From positions 195,407-259,406 of the forward strand of contig CP011212.1 in the NCBI GenBank assembly GCA_001029715.1: a stretch of DNA of 64,000 bases, given 5' to 3'. The DNA comes from a candidate division TM6 bacterium GW2011_GWF2_28_16. GTDB lineage: Bacteria > Patescibacteriota > Microgenomatia > UBA1400 > PJMF01. Both the position numbers and the translations under genes were made by a program. This document shows, one piece after another, positions 38,400 to 48,916 of the stretch. Numbering within the stretch: position 1 is the stretch's first letter; each line of letters opens with the position of its first letter. Under the pieces are notes generated by a model that did not search any database, was not told the origin of the DNA, and was given only the letters and a program-made list of their open reading frames with translations.

Positions 38400-39235
38400 T
38401 GTTAAAGAAAATGAAAGGCACCACTCCAGGAAAGAGACATCGCGTTGATAACGATCGCAGTAGTTTACATAAAGGCGATCCTGAAAAATCTCTTTTGGCC
38501 AAGGGTCATAAAAAGAGACAAGGTAAAGATGCTTCTGGTCACATTTCAATGAGACATAGAGGTGGCGGTGTCAAAAAGAAAATGAGAGTAGTCGATTTTC
38601 GTCGCACTAAAGTTGGTATTCCAGCTATAGTCAAGAGAATTGAATATGATCCAATGCGCAGCGCTAATGTTGCTTTGCTTTTTTACAAAGATGGTGAAAA
38701 AAGTTACATTATTGCTCCAGAAGGTTTGGAAATCGGTGCTGAAATTATCGCTGATGAAAAAACTGAGGTTAAAGTTGGTAACTGTATGAAATTGAAGAAT
38801 GTGCCAATTGGTGTTGAGATTCATAACATTGAGTTGCGTGCAGGAAAAGGTGCTCAAATTGTTAGAGGAGCTGGCCTTGGAGCCATGATTCAGTCTAAAG
38901 AAGGTAAATATGCTATCATTGCTTTGCCTTCCAAAGAACATCGTTTGGTTAACTTAGAATGTATTGCTACTATTGGAAGCGTTGGTAATCAAGAATGGAA
39001 GGGTGTTAAATTAGGCAAAGCCGGTAGAAAAAGAATGATGGGTATTCGCCCAACGGTTAGAGGTACTGCTCAACATCCAGACAGTCATCCACACGGTGGT
39101 GGTGAAGGTCGTAGCGGTGTAGGTATGAAGCACGCTAAGTCTCCATGGGGTAAGAATGTTGCTCCAGGTAAGAAGACCAGAAGTGTTAGAAAATCAAACC
39201 GCCACTTAGTAAGAGATCGTCGCGCTAAAAATTAA
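38399..39235 (+). CDS. rplB: 50S ribosomal protein L2
   Basis: IEYDPMRSA, RPTVRG, HPHGGGEG. Confidence 0.98.
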   Translation: MLKKMKGTTPGKRHRVDNDRSSLHKGDPEKSLLAKGHKKRQGKDASGHISMRHRGGGVKKKMRVVDFRRTKVGIPAIVKRIEYDPMRSANVALLFYKDGEKSYIIAPEGLEIGAEIIADEKTEVKVGNCMKLKNVPIGVEIHNIELRAGKGAQIVRGAGLGAMIQSKEGKYAIIALPSKEHRLVNLECIATIGSVGNQEWKGVKLGKAGRKRMMGIRPTVRGTAQHPDSHPHGGGEGRSGVGMKHAKSPWGKNVAPGKKTRSVRKSNRHLVRDRRAKN

Positions 39236-39256
39236 TTAAAGTAAAGTATAAAAATT

Positions 39257-39541
39257 ATGTCTAGATCAAGTAAAAAAGGACCATACATCGACCCAAAGCT
39301 TTTAAAAAAGGTTTTAGCCCAAAAAGCATCTGGAGAGAAAAAGCCAATCAAAACTTGGAGTCGCGCTTGCGTGATTGCTCCTGAATTTGTTGGTCATACT
39401 TTTATGGTTCATCAAGGCAAGAACTTTATTGAAGTTTTTGTATCTGAATTAATGGTTGGTCATAGCTTAGGCGAGTTTTCTCCAACCAGAACCTTTAGAG
39501 GTCACGGTAAGATCGTCAAGAGAACACTTACTAAGACTTAA
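39257..39541 (+). CDS. rpsS: 30S ribosomal protein S19
   Basis: [23 protein letters not shown]. Confidence 0.98.
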   Translation: MSRSSKKGPYIDPKLLKKVLAQKASGEKKPIKTWSRACVIAPEFVGHTFMVHQGKNFIEVFVSELMVGHSLGEFSPTRTFRGHGKIVKRTLTKT

Positions 39542-39559
39542 AATTTTGGAAACAATAAA

Positions 39560-40111
39560 ATGATAATTAAAGCAGAACAAAGAAACACCAGACAAACATC
39601 TCGCAAAGTGCGATTAGTTGCTGACGTGGTCAAGAAAATGAGCATCGTTGATGCTATTAATCAATTGGCCGTAATGAATAGAAAATCTAGTCTTTTGGTT
39701 CTAAAAGTTTTGCGCCAAGCAACTGCTAACGCAACTAATAATTTTAATTTAGTTCTTAGCGATTTGGAAATTGACAACATTGTTATAAATGATGGTCCTG
39801 CACTCAAGAGATGGAGAGCTGTTAGCCGTGGTCGTGCTCATACTATTTTGAAAAGAACCTGTCACGTTAGAGTAGACTTAAGAACTAAAAAAGAAGTTGA
39901 GCCTACAAAAATTGTTAAAAAAGAAGTTACTAAAAAAGTAGAAGAAGTTAAAAAAGAATCTGAAGTTAAAGAGGTCAAGAAAACCACTGTTAAGAAAGCT
40001 CAGGATGCTATTAAGTTAGATCGTAGCAAGAGCCAAGCTGCAAATCTACAGGGTTCTGGCAAAGGTCAAGCTAACAAGTTAATACAAAGTCAGAAAAAGG
40101 GATCTAAATAA
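39560..40111 (+). CDS. rplV: 50S ribosomal protein L22 with Lys/Glu-rich C-terminal extension
   Basis: SRKVRLVAD, GPALKR, RGRAHTILKRTCH. Confidence 0.96.
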   Translation: MIIKAEQRNTRQTSRKVRLVADVVKKMSIVDAINQLAVMNRKSSLLVLKVLRQATANATNNFNLVLSDLEIDNIVINDGPALKRWRAVSRGRAHTILKRTCHVRVDLRTKKEVEPTKIVKKEVTKKVEEVKKESEVKEVKKTTVKKAQDAIKLDRSKSQAANLQGSGKGQANKLIQSQKKGSK

Positions 40112-40115
40112 AGAT

Positions 40116-40766
40116 ATGGGACAAAAAGTTAATCCAATTAATTTTAGAACAGGCGGGATTTTCAACTGGAAATCTCTCTGGTTTGCTAGCAAAACAGATT
40201 ATGCTGAAAAAGTTCTAGAAGATTACAAGTTGCGTGAGTATTTGGAAAAGAATCTCGCCAATGCTGGATTAGTTGAAATTGAAATCAGACGTTCTATCAA
40301 TAAACTTTTAATAGTTTTATCAGTGGCCAGACCAGGTGTGGTGATTGGTAAAGGCGGCACAAATTTAGAAAAAGTTAAAAAAGGTGTCGAAAGAATGACT
40401 AACGTTTCTAAAGATAAGAAAGACAAGGCAAGAGTCGAATTAAAAGTCGAAGAAGTTAAAAAACCAGACTTAAGTGCTAAATTAGTTTTAGAGAGAATTA
40501 TTTCTCAACTATTAGCTAGATATCCACATCGTCGTGCTGTTACTCAGGCTATGGAAAAGGTCATGGCGGCTGGCGCAAAAGGTGTTAAAATTCAACTCTC
40601 CGGTAGAATCGCTGGAGCCGAAATTGGTCGTAGTGAAAAATACTTTCAAGGTAGTATTCCAACACAGACTTTGAGAGCAAATATTGATTATGCCGAAGCC
40701 CCAGCCAAAACAAGATCTGGCTACGTGGGTATTAAAGTATGGATTTATAAAGGGGAAGTAGTCTAG
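40116..40766 (+). CDS. rpsC: 30S ribosomal protein S3
   Basis: [26 protein letters not shown]. Confidence 0.98.
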   Translation: MGQKVNPINFRTGGIFNWKSLWFASKTDYAEKVLEDYKLREYLEKNLANAGLVEIEIRRSINKLLIVLSVARPGVVIGKGGTNLEKVKKGVERMTNVSKDKKDKARVELKVEEVKKPDLSAKLVLERIISQLLARYPHRRAVTQAMEKVMAAGAKGVKIQLSGRIAGAEIGRSEKYFQGSIPTQTLRANIDYAEAPAKTRSGYVGIKVWIYKGEVV

Positions 40767-40768
40767 CA

Positions 40769-41176
40769 ATGTTACAACCAAAAAAAGTAAAATACCGTAA
40801 GACCTTTAGAGGTAAGAATAGAGGTAAAGCCTTAAGAGGTTGTGAAATTGTTTTTGGCGAATATGGTCTTAGATCTTTAAGTTTAGGAGAGATTTCTGCT
40901 CGTCAAATTGAAGCAGCTCGTAAGAAAATTACTTATGCTACCAAAAGAGAAGGAAAATATTGGATTAAAATTTTTCCTCACAAGCCTTTAACCCAAAAGC
41001 CACTTGGTGTCAAAATGGGTTCAGGTAAAGGTGCTATTGAAGAATATGTCGCTCTTGTAAAACCTGGAGTGATTATGTTTGAGATCGGTGGAGTTAGTGA
41101 AGAAATTGCAAAATCAGCTATGCAAAAAGCTGCTGCTAAATTATCAGTTAAAACAGAGTTTGTAAAGAAAAAATAA
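40769..41176 (+). CDS. rplP: 50S ribosomal protein L16
   Basis: [25 protein letters not shown]. Confidence 0.98.
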   Translation: MLQPKKVKYRKTFRGKNRGKALRGCEIVFGEYGLRSLSLGEISARQIEAARKKITYATKREGKYWIKIFPHKPLTQKPLGVKMGSGKGAIEEYVALVKPGVIMFEIGGVSEEIAKSAMQKAAAKLSVKTEFVKKK

Positions 41177-41383
41177 ATGAAAAGAAACGATATTAAAGCC
41201 CTCCATCAAAAAACTGAAGTAGAACTCAACAAGGAATTGCTTGATTTGACCCACAGTTTGGCTAACATGCGTTTGCAAAAGAAAGTTGGAAAGCTAAGTA
41301 GTGTTTCTAAATTAAAGAATTTAAGTGATGACATAGCTAGAATAAAAACCATTTTGACAGAAAAGAAAACTCAAATTAAATAA
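41177..41383 (+). CDS. rpmC: 50S ribosomal protein L29
   Basis: DIARIKTILTEK; synteny. Confidence 0.93.
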   Translation: MKRNDIKALHQKTEVELNKELLDLTHSLANMRLQKKVGKLSSVSKLKNLSDDIARIKTILTEKKTQIK

Positions 41384-41384
41384 T

Positions 41385-41624
41385 ATGAAAAAGTTACAAG
41401 GCAAAGTTACATCTTTAAAGACAGTGAACACAGCAATTGTTAGTGTAGAGCGTAAGTGGGCTCACCCTCTTTATCAAAAATTGGTTAGACGCAGTAAAAA
41501 ATACGCTTGTGACTTTGATGTAAAATCTATTGAATTAGTTTTAAATGATGTGGTCGAAATCCAAGAAACTCGTCCTCTCAGTAAAACTAAGAGATTTAAA
41601 GTAGTCAAGAAAATTGGAAAATAG
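41385..41624 (+). CDS. rpsQ: 30S ribosomal protein S17
   Basis: [17 protein letters not shown]. Confidence 0.96.
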   Translation: MKKLQGKVTSLKTVNTAIVSVERKWAHPLYQKLVRRSKKYACDFDVKSIELVLNDVVEIQETRPLSKTKRFKVVKKIGK

Positions 41625-41626
41625 AA

Positions 41627-42001
41627 ATGATACAACTAAAAACCGTACTAGCGATAGCTGACAACAGCGGTGCCAAAAGAATTAGAGTAATCCAGGTTTA
41701 TGGTGGCTCTAAGAGAAGATTTGGTGGTGTTGGTGATATGGTTATCGGTTCAGTCATTGCTGCCGATGCCAATGGCACAGTTAAAAAAGGTGAAAAAGTT
41801 AGAGCCGTAATTGTGCGTACTAGAAAAGAACAAAGAAGAGCTAGTGGTGAGTATATTCGTTTCGATGAAAATGCTGCCGTGATTGTTCAAGCCAGAAATA
41901 ACAAAGAACCAATTGGTACTCGCGTTTTTGGACCAATTGCCAGAGAAGTTAAAGATCAAGGTTATAATAAAATTGCTAGTTTAGCTCCGGAGGTATTATG
42001 A
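41627..42001 (+). CDS. rplN: 50S ribosomal protein L14
   Basis: ADNSGAK, FDENAAV, SLAPEVL. Confidence 0.98.
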   Translation: MIQLKTVLAIADNSGAKRIRVIQVYGGSKRRFGGVGDMVIGSVIAADANGTVKKGEKVRAVIVRTRKEQRRASGEYIRFDENAAVIVQARNNKEPIGTRVFGPIAREVKDQGYNKIASLAPEVL

Positions 42002-42333
42002 AATTAAAAATTGGAGATAAAGTCTTAGTTACCGCCGGTAAAGATAAAGGCAAAAGAAGTGAAATTATTGCTGTTTTTCCTGCTACTGATAAAGTTTCAG
42101 TCAAAGACGTCAATCTTTACTTTAAGCACGTTAAGCCTTTTATGGATAAACCAGGTGAAAGAACCAGAAAAGAACGTCCTATGTCTGTGGCCAAAGTTGC
42201 CATTATTAATGACAAAGATCAGGCAGATAGAATTTCTTACAAAGTTACCGCTGATGGTAAAAAGGAAAGAATTTTTAAGAAAACTGGTCAATTAATTAAA
42301 GACCAAAAAGAAACTAAACCTAAGAAAAAATAA
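41998..42333 (+). CDS. rplX: 50S ribosomal protein L24
   Basis: KOW motif [14 protein letters not shown]. Confidence 0.96.
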   Translation: MKLKIGDKVLVTAGKDKGKRSEIIAVFPATDKVSVKDVNLYFKHVKPFMDKPGERTRKERPMSVAKVAIINDKDQADRISYKVTADGKKERIFKKTGQLIKDQKETKPKKK

Positions 42334-42335
42334 AT

Positions 42336-42899
42336 ATGAATCGTTTGAAAGAAAAATACCAGCAAGAAGTTTTAAAAACTTTGATGAAGGAGTTCTCTTA
42401 TAAGAATCCTAATCAAGTGAGTAAAATTGAAAAAGTTATCTTAAACATGGGTGTTGCTGAACCTCAGGATCCTCATGCTAGAGAAAAAGTGATGCCTTTA
42501 ATTGTTAAGCAATTTGAAGATATTACTGGACAACATCCTCAGGTTACTAAAGCTCGTAAAGCTATTTCTAACTTTAAATTAAGAGCAGGTGACCCAATGG
42601 GTGTGATGGTGACCTTGCGTGGAGAATTAATGTGGGAATTCTTAGATAGATTAATTTCTATCACATTGCCACGTGTTAAAGATTTCCGTGGAGTCAGCAA
42701 AGTGGCTTTTGATGGTCAAGGAAATTATAGTCTTGGAATTGAAGAGCAAATTTCTTTTCCAGAGATAGAATTTGATCAAATCGATCGTATTAGACCACTT
42801 CAAGTTAACATTGTAACTAGTAACAAAGATGACAAAGAGGCATTCCGCCTTTTAGAACTCTTAGGTATGCCTTTCAAGAAGGAAGAGAAAAATAATTAA
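42336..42899 (+). CDS. rplE: 50S ribosomal protein L5
   Basis: [19 protein letters not shown]. Confidence 0.98.
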   Translation: MNRLKEKYQQEVLKTLMKEFSYKNPNQVSKIEKVILNMGVAEPQDPHAREKVMPLIVKQFEDITGQHPQVTKARKAISNFKLRAGDPMGVMVTLRGELMWEFLDRLISITLPRVKDFRGVSKVAFDGQGNYSLGIEEQISFPEIEFDQIDRIRPLQVNIVTSNKDDKEAFRLLELLGMPFKKEEKNN

Positions 42900-42901
42900 T
42901 T

Positions 42902-43132
42902 ATGGCAAAGAAATCAAAGATTGCTAAAACAAAAAAACTTTTGGCTAAAAATGAAGTCTTGTTAAAGTCAGAAGTTAAAAAAGTGAATAGAGTCTCGACT
43001 AGAGGCGTTAATCGTTGTAAAATTACGGGTCGTCCAAGAGGCTACATGCGTTTTTTTGGTTTGAGCCGTATTACTTTTAGAGAATTAGCAGCCAAGGGTG
43101 AATTACCAGGTGTAGTAAAAAGCAGTAAATAA
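42902..43132 (+). CDS. rpsN: 30S ribosomal protein S14 (non-zinc type)
   Basis: [30 protein letters not shown]. Confidence 0.95.
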   Translation: MAKKSKIAKTKKLLAKNEVLLKSEVKKVNRVSTRGVNRCKITGRPRGYMRFFGLSRITFRELAAKGELPGVVKSSK

Positions 43133-43136
43133 AATT

Positions 43137-43526
43137 ATGACCGATCCTATAGCAGACATGATTATCAGAATTAAGAACAGCGTAATGGCAGGACGTAAAG
43201 ATCTTGTAATGCCTCATTCTAAATTGAAAGAAGCACTGGCAAGAATCTTAAAGGACTTCGATTACATTGATGCTTATGAAGTTTTAAATACTTCTGACTT
43301 TAAAGAAATTAAAATTACTCTCAAGTATGCTGGTAAAGCATCGGTAATTAGTGGAGTTAAAAGAGTTTCTAAGCCAGGATGTCGTATTTATAAAAGTGCT
43401 GACGCTATTCCAAATACTTTAAATGGTTATGGTTTAACCATTTTATCAACTAATAAAGGTATTATGGATGGCAAGAGTGCTCGCAAGAATAATATTGGTG
43501 GAGAGGTACTTTGCCAAATTTGGTAA
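43137..43526 (+). CDS. rpsH: 30S ribosomal protein S8
   Basis: DPIADMIIRIKN, RVSKPG, GGEVLC. Confidence 0.98.
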   Translation: MTDPIADMIIRIKNSVMAGRKDLVMPHSKLKEALARILKDFDYIDAYEVLNTSDFKEIKITLKYAGKASVISGVKRVSKPGCRIYKSADAIPNTLNGYGLTILSTNKGIMDGKSARKNNIGGEVLCQIW

Positions 43527-43541
43527 AGAATTCAAAAAGAT

Positions 43542-44081
43542 ATGTCAAAAATTGGTAAAAAAATCATTACAATCCCAAGTCAAGTCATTGCTACACTCGT
43601 TGGTGATGAATTGACCACGAAGGGTCCAAAAGGCGAATTGAAATTAACTATTCTGCCTAATATTGTAGTGAAAATTGATGGCAACGAAATATCTTTGTCT
43701 CGCAAAAATGATGAGAAACAAAATAGAGCTAATCATGGTTTAATGAGAAGTTTGATTGCCAATAACATCGAGGGTGTAGCCAATGCTTATAAAAAGACTT
43801 TAAAACTAATTGGCACTGGTTATAGAGTAACTTCTAGGGGTGCTGGTTTATCCATGACCTTGGGCTATTCTCACACTACTGAGGTTGTGGCAGTCCCAGG
43901 TATTACTTTTAAAGTTGAGGGAAATGATACGGTTAATATTGAAGGCATTGATAAACAATTAGTTGGTCAGGTTGCCGCTGATATTAGAAGTTTAAGACCA
44001 CCAGAGCCTTATTTAGGCAAAGGTATTCGTTACAGTGATGAAATAGTCAAAAAGAAGCCAGGCAAAGCAGCCGCTAAATAA
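43542..44081 (+). CDS. rplF: 50S ribosomal protein L6
   Basis: MSKIGK, GPKGEL, RPPEPYLGKGIRY. Confidence 0.98.
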   Translation: MSKIGKKIITIPSQVIATLVGDELTTKGPKGELKLTILPNIVVKIDGNEISLSRKNDEKQNRANHGLMRSLIANNIEGVANAYKKTLKLIGTGYRVTSRGAGLSMTLGYSHTTEVVAVPGITFKVEGNDTVNIEGIDKQLVGQVAADIRSLRPPEPYLGKGIRYSDEIVKKKPGKAAAK

Positions 44082-44092
44082 TTAGGAAAAAA

Positions 44093-44452
44093 ATGTCAGA
44101 TATTAAATTATTAAACAAAAATAGAATCAAGAGACAGAAGCGTATCAGAACAAAGATTGTTGGAACCACTCTTCGTCCTCGTTTAACTGTTTTCCGTTCC
44201 AATGAGCATATTTCACTTCAAGTGATCGATGATTCAATTGCTAAAACTTTGGTTAGTGCCGATGACAAGTCTAAAGACAAAAAAGTTAAAGGTACTAAAA
44301 CAGAGAGAGCGATTGCTACTAGCAAAGTTTTATTAGAACTTTTGAAGAAAAATAAAATTGAAAATTTAGTTTTTGATCGTTCTTATTATAAATATCACGG
44401 CAGAATTAAAGCAGTTGCTGAAACTCTTCGTGAGGGTGGAATTAAATTATAA
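44093..44452 (+). CDS. rplR: 50S ribosomal protein L18
   Basis: RPRLTVFRSN, FDRSYYKYHGRIKA. Confidence 0.97.
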   Translation: MSDIKLLNKNRIKRQKRIRTKIVGTTLRPRLTVFRSNEHISLQVIDDSIAKTLVSADDKSKDKKVKGTKTERAIATSKVLLELLKKNKIENLVFDRSYYKYHGRIKAVAETLREGGIKL

Positions 44453-44454
44453 AT

Positions 44455-45117
44455 ATGGCAAGAGATAATTTCGGTAAACCAGAAGTCAAAGAATTTGAAG
44501 AGAAAGTCATTCAAATTTCTAGAGTATCTAAAAAAACCAAAGGTGGTAATAAGGTTGGTTTTTCAGTATTGATGGTGGTCGGTGATAAAAAAGGTCGCGT
44601 TGGTGTTGGTCTTGGAAAAGCTGGCGATGTTTTAGCCGCTATCAAAAAAAGTGTCAAAAAAGCCAAGAAAAAATTAATTAGTATTCCTCTTGATGGAACC
44701 ACTATTCCTTTTGCTATTACTGTTAAAAAAGGTGCTGGCAAAGTTATGTTAAAACCATCCTCTAAAGGAACTGGTGTTATTGCTGGTGGTCCAGTTAGAG
44801 CCGTTGTCGAAGCTGCTGGTGTTAGAGATATTACCTGCAAAATTATGGGTAGCGATAATCAAGCTTCTTCAGTTTATGCAACCTTTGAAGCACTTAAACA
44901 AATTTCTAAGATAGTTGCAATTAAAGGCATTAAATTACGTTCTATTTCTGATATCGAAGAAGAAGAGAGAAAGAAAGTTGAAGAATTACAGAAACACGCT
45001 GTTGAAGTTGCTGAAAAACATGAAGAAACTATTAAAACCGAAGTAGCTAAGCAGAAACCAGTTGCTAAAAAACTAGCAGTCAAAAAACCAACTGCTAAAA
45101 AAGCAGCCAGTAAATAA
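44455..45117 (+). CDS. rpsE: 30S ribosomal protein S5 with C-terminal extension
   Basis: RVSKKTKGG, GTGVIAGGPVRAV. Confidence 0.97.
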   Translation: MARDNFGKPEVKEFEEKVIQISRVSKKTKGGNKVGFSVLMVVGDKKGRVGVGLGKAGDVLAAIKKSVKKAKKKLISIPLDGTTIPFAITVKKGAGKVMLKPSSKGTGVIAGGPVRAVVEAAGVRDITCKIMGSDNQASSVYATFEALKQISKIVAIKGIKLRSISDIEEEERKKVEELQKHAVEVAEKHEETIKTEVAKQKPVAKKLAVKKPTAKKAASK

Positions 45118-45126
45118 GGATTTAAA

Positions 45127-45567
45127 ATGTCTATTTTAAGTATAATTAAAAAAATCAGCACAAATAAAATGAAACGCCTTGGTAGAGGTTATGGTTCTGG
45201 AAAAGGTGGTCACACTTCATCCAGAGGTCAAAAGGGTCAAAAATCTCGTACTGGCTCAAAGGTTCCTCTTTGGTTTGAAGGTGGTTCTTTGCCTCTTTCT
45301 AAAAGAATTCCAATGTGGAGAGGTAAAGGTCGTTTTAAAAATTTGAATCCTAGTGCAGAGTTGACATTCGACGATCTGAACAAAATTGAATTAACTGATA
45401 TTACCTTAGACTCTCTTAAGTTAAATAGAATTATTGATAAAAGATTTAAAAAAGCTAAAGTGATTAGCAAAGGTAAATTAAACAAAAAAGTTAATTTAAA
45501 AGGCATCGGCGCCTCTGCATCTGCTAAAAAAGAAATCGAAGCCCTTGGCGGTGCTGTTGAAATTTAA
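45127..45567 (+). CDS. rplO: 50S ribosomal protein L15
   Basis: RLGRGYGSGKG, RGQKGQKSR, FEGG. Confidence 0.97.
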   Translation: MSILSIIKKISTNKMKRLGRGYGSGKGGHTSSRGQKGQKSRTGSKVPLWFEGGSLPLSKRIPMWRGKGRFKNLNPSAELTFDDLNKIELTDITLDSLKLNRIIDKRFKKAKVISKGKLNKKVNLKGIGASASAKKEIEALGGAVEI

Positions 45568-45624
45568 AAGCTTCTTGCTTTTATAATAGTCTTTGCTTTA
45601 GAATATTAACTTCTTGCCATAGAA

Positions 45625-46911
45625 GTGATAGAAAAAATTTTAAATAAAATTCAAGCGATTATTTCCAATCCAAAGCTTAAAAGCAAGCTCTTATTTACCC
45701 TAGCAATTTTTGCTCTTACCAGAGTTCTCGCTCATGTTCCAGTTCCAATCGTTGATTTATCACAATTAAAGTTTTTATTTGATTCAAATCAATTTCTTAA
45801 TTTCTTGAATGTTTTTTCAGGTGGAACGTTGTCTCAGTTTTCCATTGTGGCTGTTGGCATTAATCCTTATATTACTGCTTCTATCATTATGCAGCTGGCG
45901 GGAATGGTTATTCCTAAAATCAAAGAAATGCAAAAAGAGGGCGAAGCCAGTCGAGCTAAACTTAATCAATATATGCGTTTAATGTCGGTGCCAATTGCAA
46001 TTGTTCAATCTATTGCGGTGATTGCTTTACTTAACTCTCAAAATTTACTTAGTAATTCAGGCCTGTCTAATATGATTGTAGTGGTAGCTACTTTAGTTGC
46101 TGGTTCAATGATTATGATGTGGCTTGGTGAAATTATTAACGAGAAAGGAATCGGTAATGGTATTTCTATGATTCTTTTGGCTGGTATTATTAGTCAAATT
46201 CCAACGAGTACCGCTTCGCTTTTTGCTTTAGCAGATACGATTGATCTAACTTCACTTTTAGTAATCTTGGCTTTGCTAGTTGCTGTGATTTGGATGGTTG
46301 TTTTTATGAATGAGGCAGTGCGTAAAATTCAAATTCAATACGCCAAGAGAATTAGAGGTGGTAGGCAATATGGTGGTCAGCAAACTCATTTACCAATTAA
46401 GGTTAACGTGGCCGGAGTGATGCCGATCATTTTTGCAATCTCTCTAATGATGTTGCCATCTTTTGTGGGTAAGTTATTACTCTTGGCTAAGAGTGAATCA
46501 CTAATTAGCTTTGGAGAAAAAATAACTGTTTGGTTTGCACCAACTTCTTCTATTTATTTGATTACTTATTTTGTTCTGGTTTTTGTTTTTAGTTATTTTT
46601 CAGCGATTATCTTTTTTAATGCTCAGGATATTTCTGATGAGCTAAAAAAAAGTGGCGCTTTTATTCTTGGTATAAGACCAGGAAGTCCAACTAAAAAATT
46701 CTTAGAATTTGTAGTAACCAGAATTACTTTTGCTGGAGCTATCTTTTTAGCCTCTATCGCTATCTTGCCTTCTTTGGCCCAAATCATGACCGGCATTCAG
46801 TCATTAGCTGTGGGTGGAACAAGTATTTTAATTGTGGTTTCAGTTATTTTGGAAACTTCCAAGCAAATTAATTCTCAACTTTTGAGTGAAAACTATGAAA
46901 AATATTCTTAA
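45625..46911 (+). CDS. secY: Preprotein translocase SecY
   Basis: GINPYITASII, GIGNGIS, AGVMPIIFA, GIRPG, GGTSILIVV. Confidence 0.98.
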   Translation: MIEKILNKIQAIISNPKLKSKLLFTLAIFALTRVLAHVPVPIVDLSQLKFLFDSNQFLNFLNVFSGGTLSQFSIVAVGINPYITASIIMQLAGMVIPKIKEMQKEGEASRAKLNQYMRLMSVPIAIVQSIAVIALLNSQNLLSNSGLSNMIVVVATLVAGSMIMMWLGEIINEKGIGNGISMILLAGIISQIPTSTASLFALADTIDLTSLLVILALLVAVIWMVVFMNEAVRKIQIQYAKRIRGGRQYGGQQTHLPIKVNVAGVMPIIFAISLMMLPSFVGKLLLLAKSESLISFGEKITVWFAPTSSIYLITYFVLVFVFSYFSAIIFFNAQDISDELKKSGAFILGIRPGSPTKKFLEFVVTRITFAGAIFLASIAILPSLAQIMTGIQSLAVGGTSILIVVSVILETSKQINSQLLSENYEKYS

Positions 46912-46941
46912 TTTACAAAATCCAATTAGCAGAAAGGCATC

Positions 46942-47502
46942 ATGCAATTAGTTTTGGTAGGTATCCAAGGAGCTGGCAAATCCACCCAAGGAAACCTTTT
47001 ATCAGAAAAATTTAAAATTCCTTATCTTTCTTCAGGTCACGTTTTTCGTGAGATGTCCAAGGAAAAGACTCCACTCGGTCGTTTCTTAAAAGAGACTCTT
47101 AATGCTGGTTATCTAATTCCTGATGACAAAACAGTTGATATTGTTATGGAATATTTAGAAAAGCCAGAATACCAAAATGGTTTTATTCTCGATGGCTTTC
47201 CACGTACAGTTCCTCAAGCTGAAGCTTTTCAAAAATTCACTAAAGGAGAAGAGGTAACTATTTTAATTGATGTATCAGATAAAGAAGCATTATGGAGAAT
47301 CTCTGGTAGAGTCAGTGATCGCAGCGATGAGACATTACAAGCTATTCGCAAAAGAATTGATCTTTTTCATGAAAAAACTTCTAAAGTTTTAGATTATTAT
47401 GCTGATCGTAAGCATTTAGCTGTAGTTGATGGTGAAAAAAGCGTGGAAGAAGTTTTTGAGCAAATTGTTGAAAAAATAGAGGCTATTTGTTCAAAAAAGT
47501 GA
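46942..47502 (+). CDS. adk: Adenylate kinase (short LID)
   Basis: GIQGAGKSTQ, LDGFPRT; position after secY. Confidence 0.92.
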   Translation: MQLVLVGIQGAGKSTQGNLLSEKFKIPYLSSGHVFREMSKEKTPLGRFLKETLNAGYLIPDDKTVDIVMEYLEKPEYQNGFILDGFPRTVPQAEAFQKFTKGEEVTILIDVSDKEALWRISGRVSDRSDETLQAIRKRIDLFHEKTSKVLDYYADRKHLAVVDGEKSVEEVFEQIVEKIEAICSKK

Positions 47503-47574
47503 TTAGTTTTGCTAGAGGATGATTATTTTTCTAAATCTGGTATAATATTGCGGTTACTTTGAAAAAATAATCAT

Positions 47575-47904
47575 ATGGGTAAAGTACAAGATCATAAAAG
47601 AAGTTCTAAGGTCAAGCGACAGGTCGATTTTACGCTTCATAGCGCCGATAGTCAGACTGACCGCTTCGAAATACTTGGCGAAGTGGTAGATTGTCTACCA
47701 AACACCATGTTTAGAATTAAAGTGACAGAGGCCACTGCAGAGCAGATGGTTGGAAGAATGTTGTTGGGAACTTTGGCTGGCAAAATGCGCCTTTATCGCA
47801 TCAGGGTAATGCCTGGAGATTTTGTCAAAGGTTATGTCTCTAAATATGACTTAACCAAATGTAAAGTGACCTACCGCAGTAGTAAAGAAAAAAGTATAAA
47901 ATAA
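47575..47904 (+). CDS. infA: Translation initiation factor IF-1 with N-terminal extension
   Basis: [34 protein letters not shown]; synteny. Confidence 0.88.
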   Translation: MGKVQDHKRSSKVKRQVDFTLHSADSQTDRFEILGEVVDCLPNTMFRIKVTEATAEQMVGRMLLGTLAGKMRLYRIRVMPGDFVKGYVSKYDLTKCKVTYRSSKEKSIK

Positions 47905-47989
47905 ATCCGCGAAAGCAGGTTTAATTAGCGCAATTGCCTCTTTAAAAAGTCGCTTTTATGAGGTATATTGCGAGGCTATTGTTATTATT

Positions 47990-48103
47990 ATGAAAGTTAA
48001 AGCATCATTAAAGAAAATGTGCATCAATTGCAAGTTTGTAAAACGCAAGGGAAAGTTGTTTGTTATCTGTACTAATCCTAAACACAAACAGCGCCAAGGA
48101 TAA
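47990..48103 (+). CDS. rpmJ: 50S ribosomal protein L36 (not in ORF track)
   Basis: Hand translation [37 protein letters not shown]. Confidence 0.96.
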   Translation: MKVKASLKKMCINCKFVKRKGKLFVICTNPKHKQRQG

Positions 48104-48105
48104 TT

Positions 48106-48510
48106 ATGTCACGTATTGCAGGTCAAGATTTACCAGATCATAAAAAAGTGCCTTACGCACTACGCTATATTTTTGGTGTTGGTCCAAAAATAGCTGATGA
48201 TGTTGTCAAAAAAGCTAGAATTAATCCAGATAAAAGAGCCAACGAATTAAGCTCCGAAGAGGTTACTAAGATTCAGGCTGCTTTAGATCAAATTATGATT
48301 GAAGGTGATCTTCGTAGAGAAATTAATGATAATATTTCTCGTTTAAAAAGAATTCATGCTTATCGTGGTTTACGCCATATGGCTGGTTTACCAGTCAGAG
48401 GTCAGAGAACCAGATCTAATGCTCGTACCAAAAGAGGTGCTAAGAAGACCATCGGTGCATTAAGTAAAGAAGCAGCAACTAAAGTAGAAGAAACAAAAAG
48501 TACTAAGTAA
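48106..48510 (+). CDS. rpsM: 30S ribosomal protein S13
   Basis: YRGLRH, LPVRGQRTRSNART. Confidence 0.98.
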   Translation: MSRIAGQDLPDHKKVPYALRYIFGVGPKIADDVVKKARINPDKRANELSSEEVTKIQAALDQIMIEGDLRREINDNISRLKRIHAYRGLRHMAGLPVRGQRTRSNARTKRGAKKTIGALSKEAATKVEETKSTK

Positions 48511-48525
48511 TTAAATTAATGAGAT

Positions 48526-48915
48526 ATGGCCAAACAAATTAAGAAAACTCAAAAAAAGAAAGTCATTCGCGTTGTTCCTTCTGGGAGATTATACGTTAGT
48601 GCTACTTTTAACAATACTTTAGTTAGTATTACTGATGAACAAGGTGCAGTTTTATGCTGGTCAAGCACTGGTGAAGCTGGTTTTTCTGGTTCTCGTAAAT
48701 CTACTCCTTATGCAGCTACTGTTGCTTTAGAAAATGCCATTAATAAAGCCAAGAATTACGGCATGAATAAAATGGATGTTTTCATCAAGGGTCCAGGTCC
48801 AGGTAGAGATGTTGCTTTGCGCGTACTTCGTGCACAGGGCATTAGAGTCTCAATGATCGCTGACCTCACCCCAGTGCCTCATAATGGCACTAGACCAAGA
48901 AAGGCTAGACACTAA
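48526..48915 (+). CDS. rpsK: 30S ribosomal protein S11
   Basis: TFNNT, RKSTPYAA, TPVPHNG. Confidence 0.98.
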   Translation: MAKQIKKTQKKKVIRVVPSGRLYVSATFNNTLVSITDEQGAVLCWSSTGEAGFSGSRKSTPYAATVALENAINKAKNYGMNKMDVFIKGPGPGRDVALRVLRAQGIRVSMIADLTPVPHNGTRPRKARH

Positions 48916-48916
48916 T

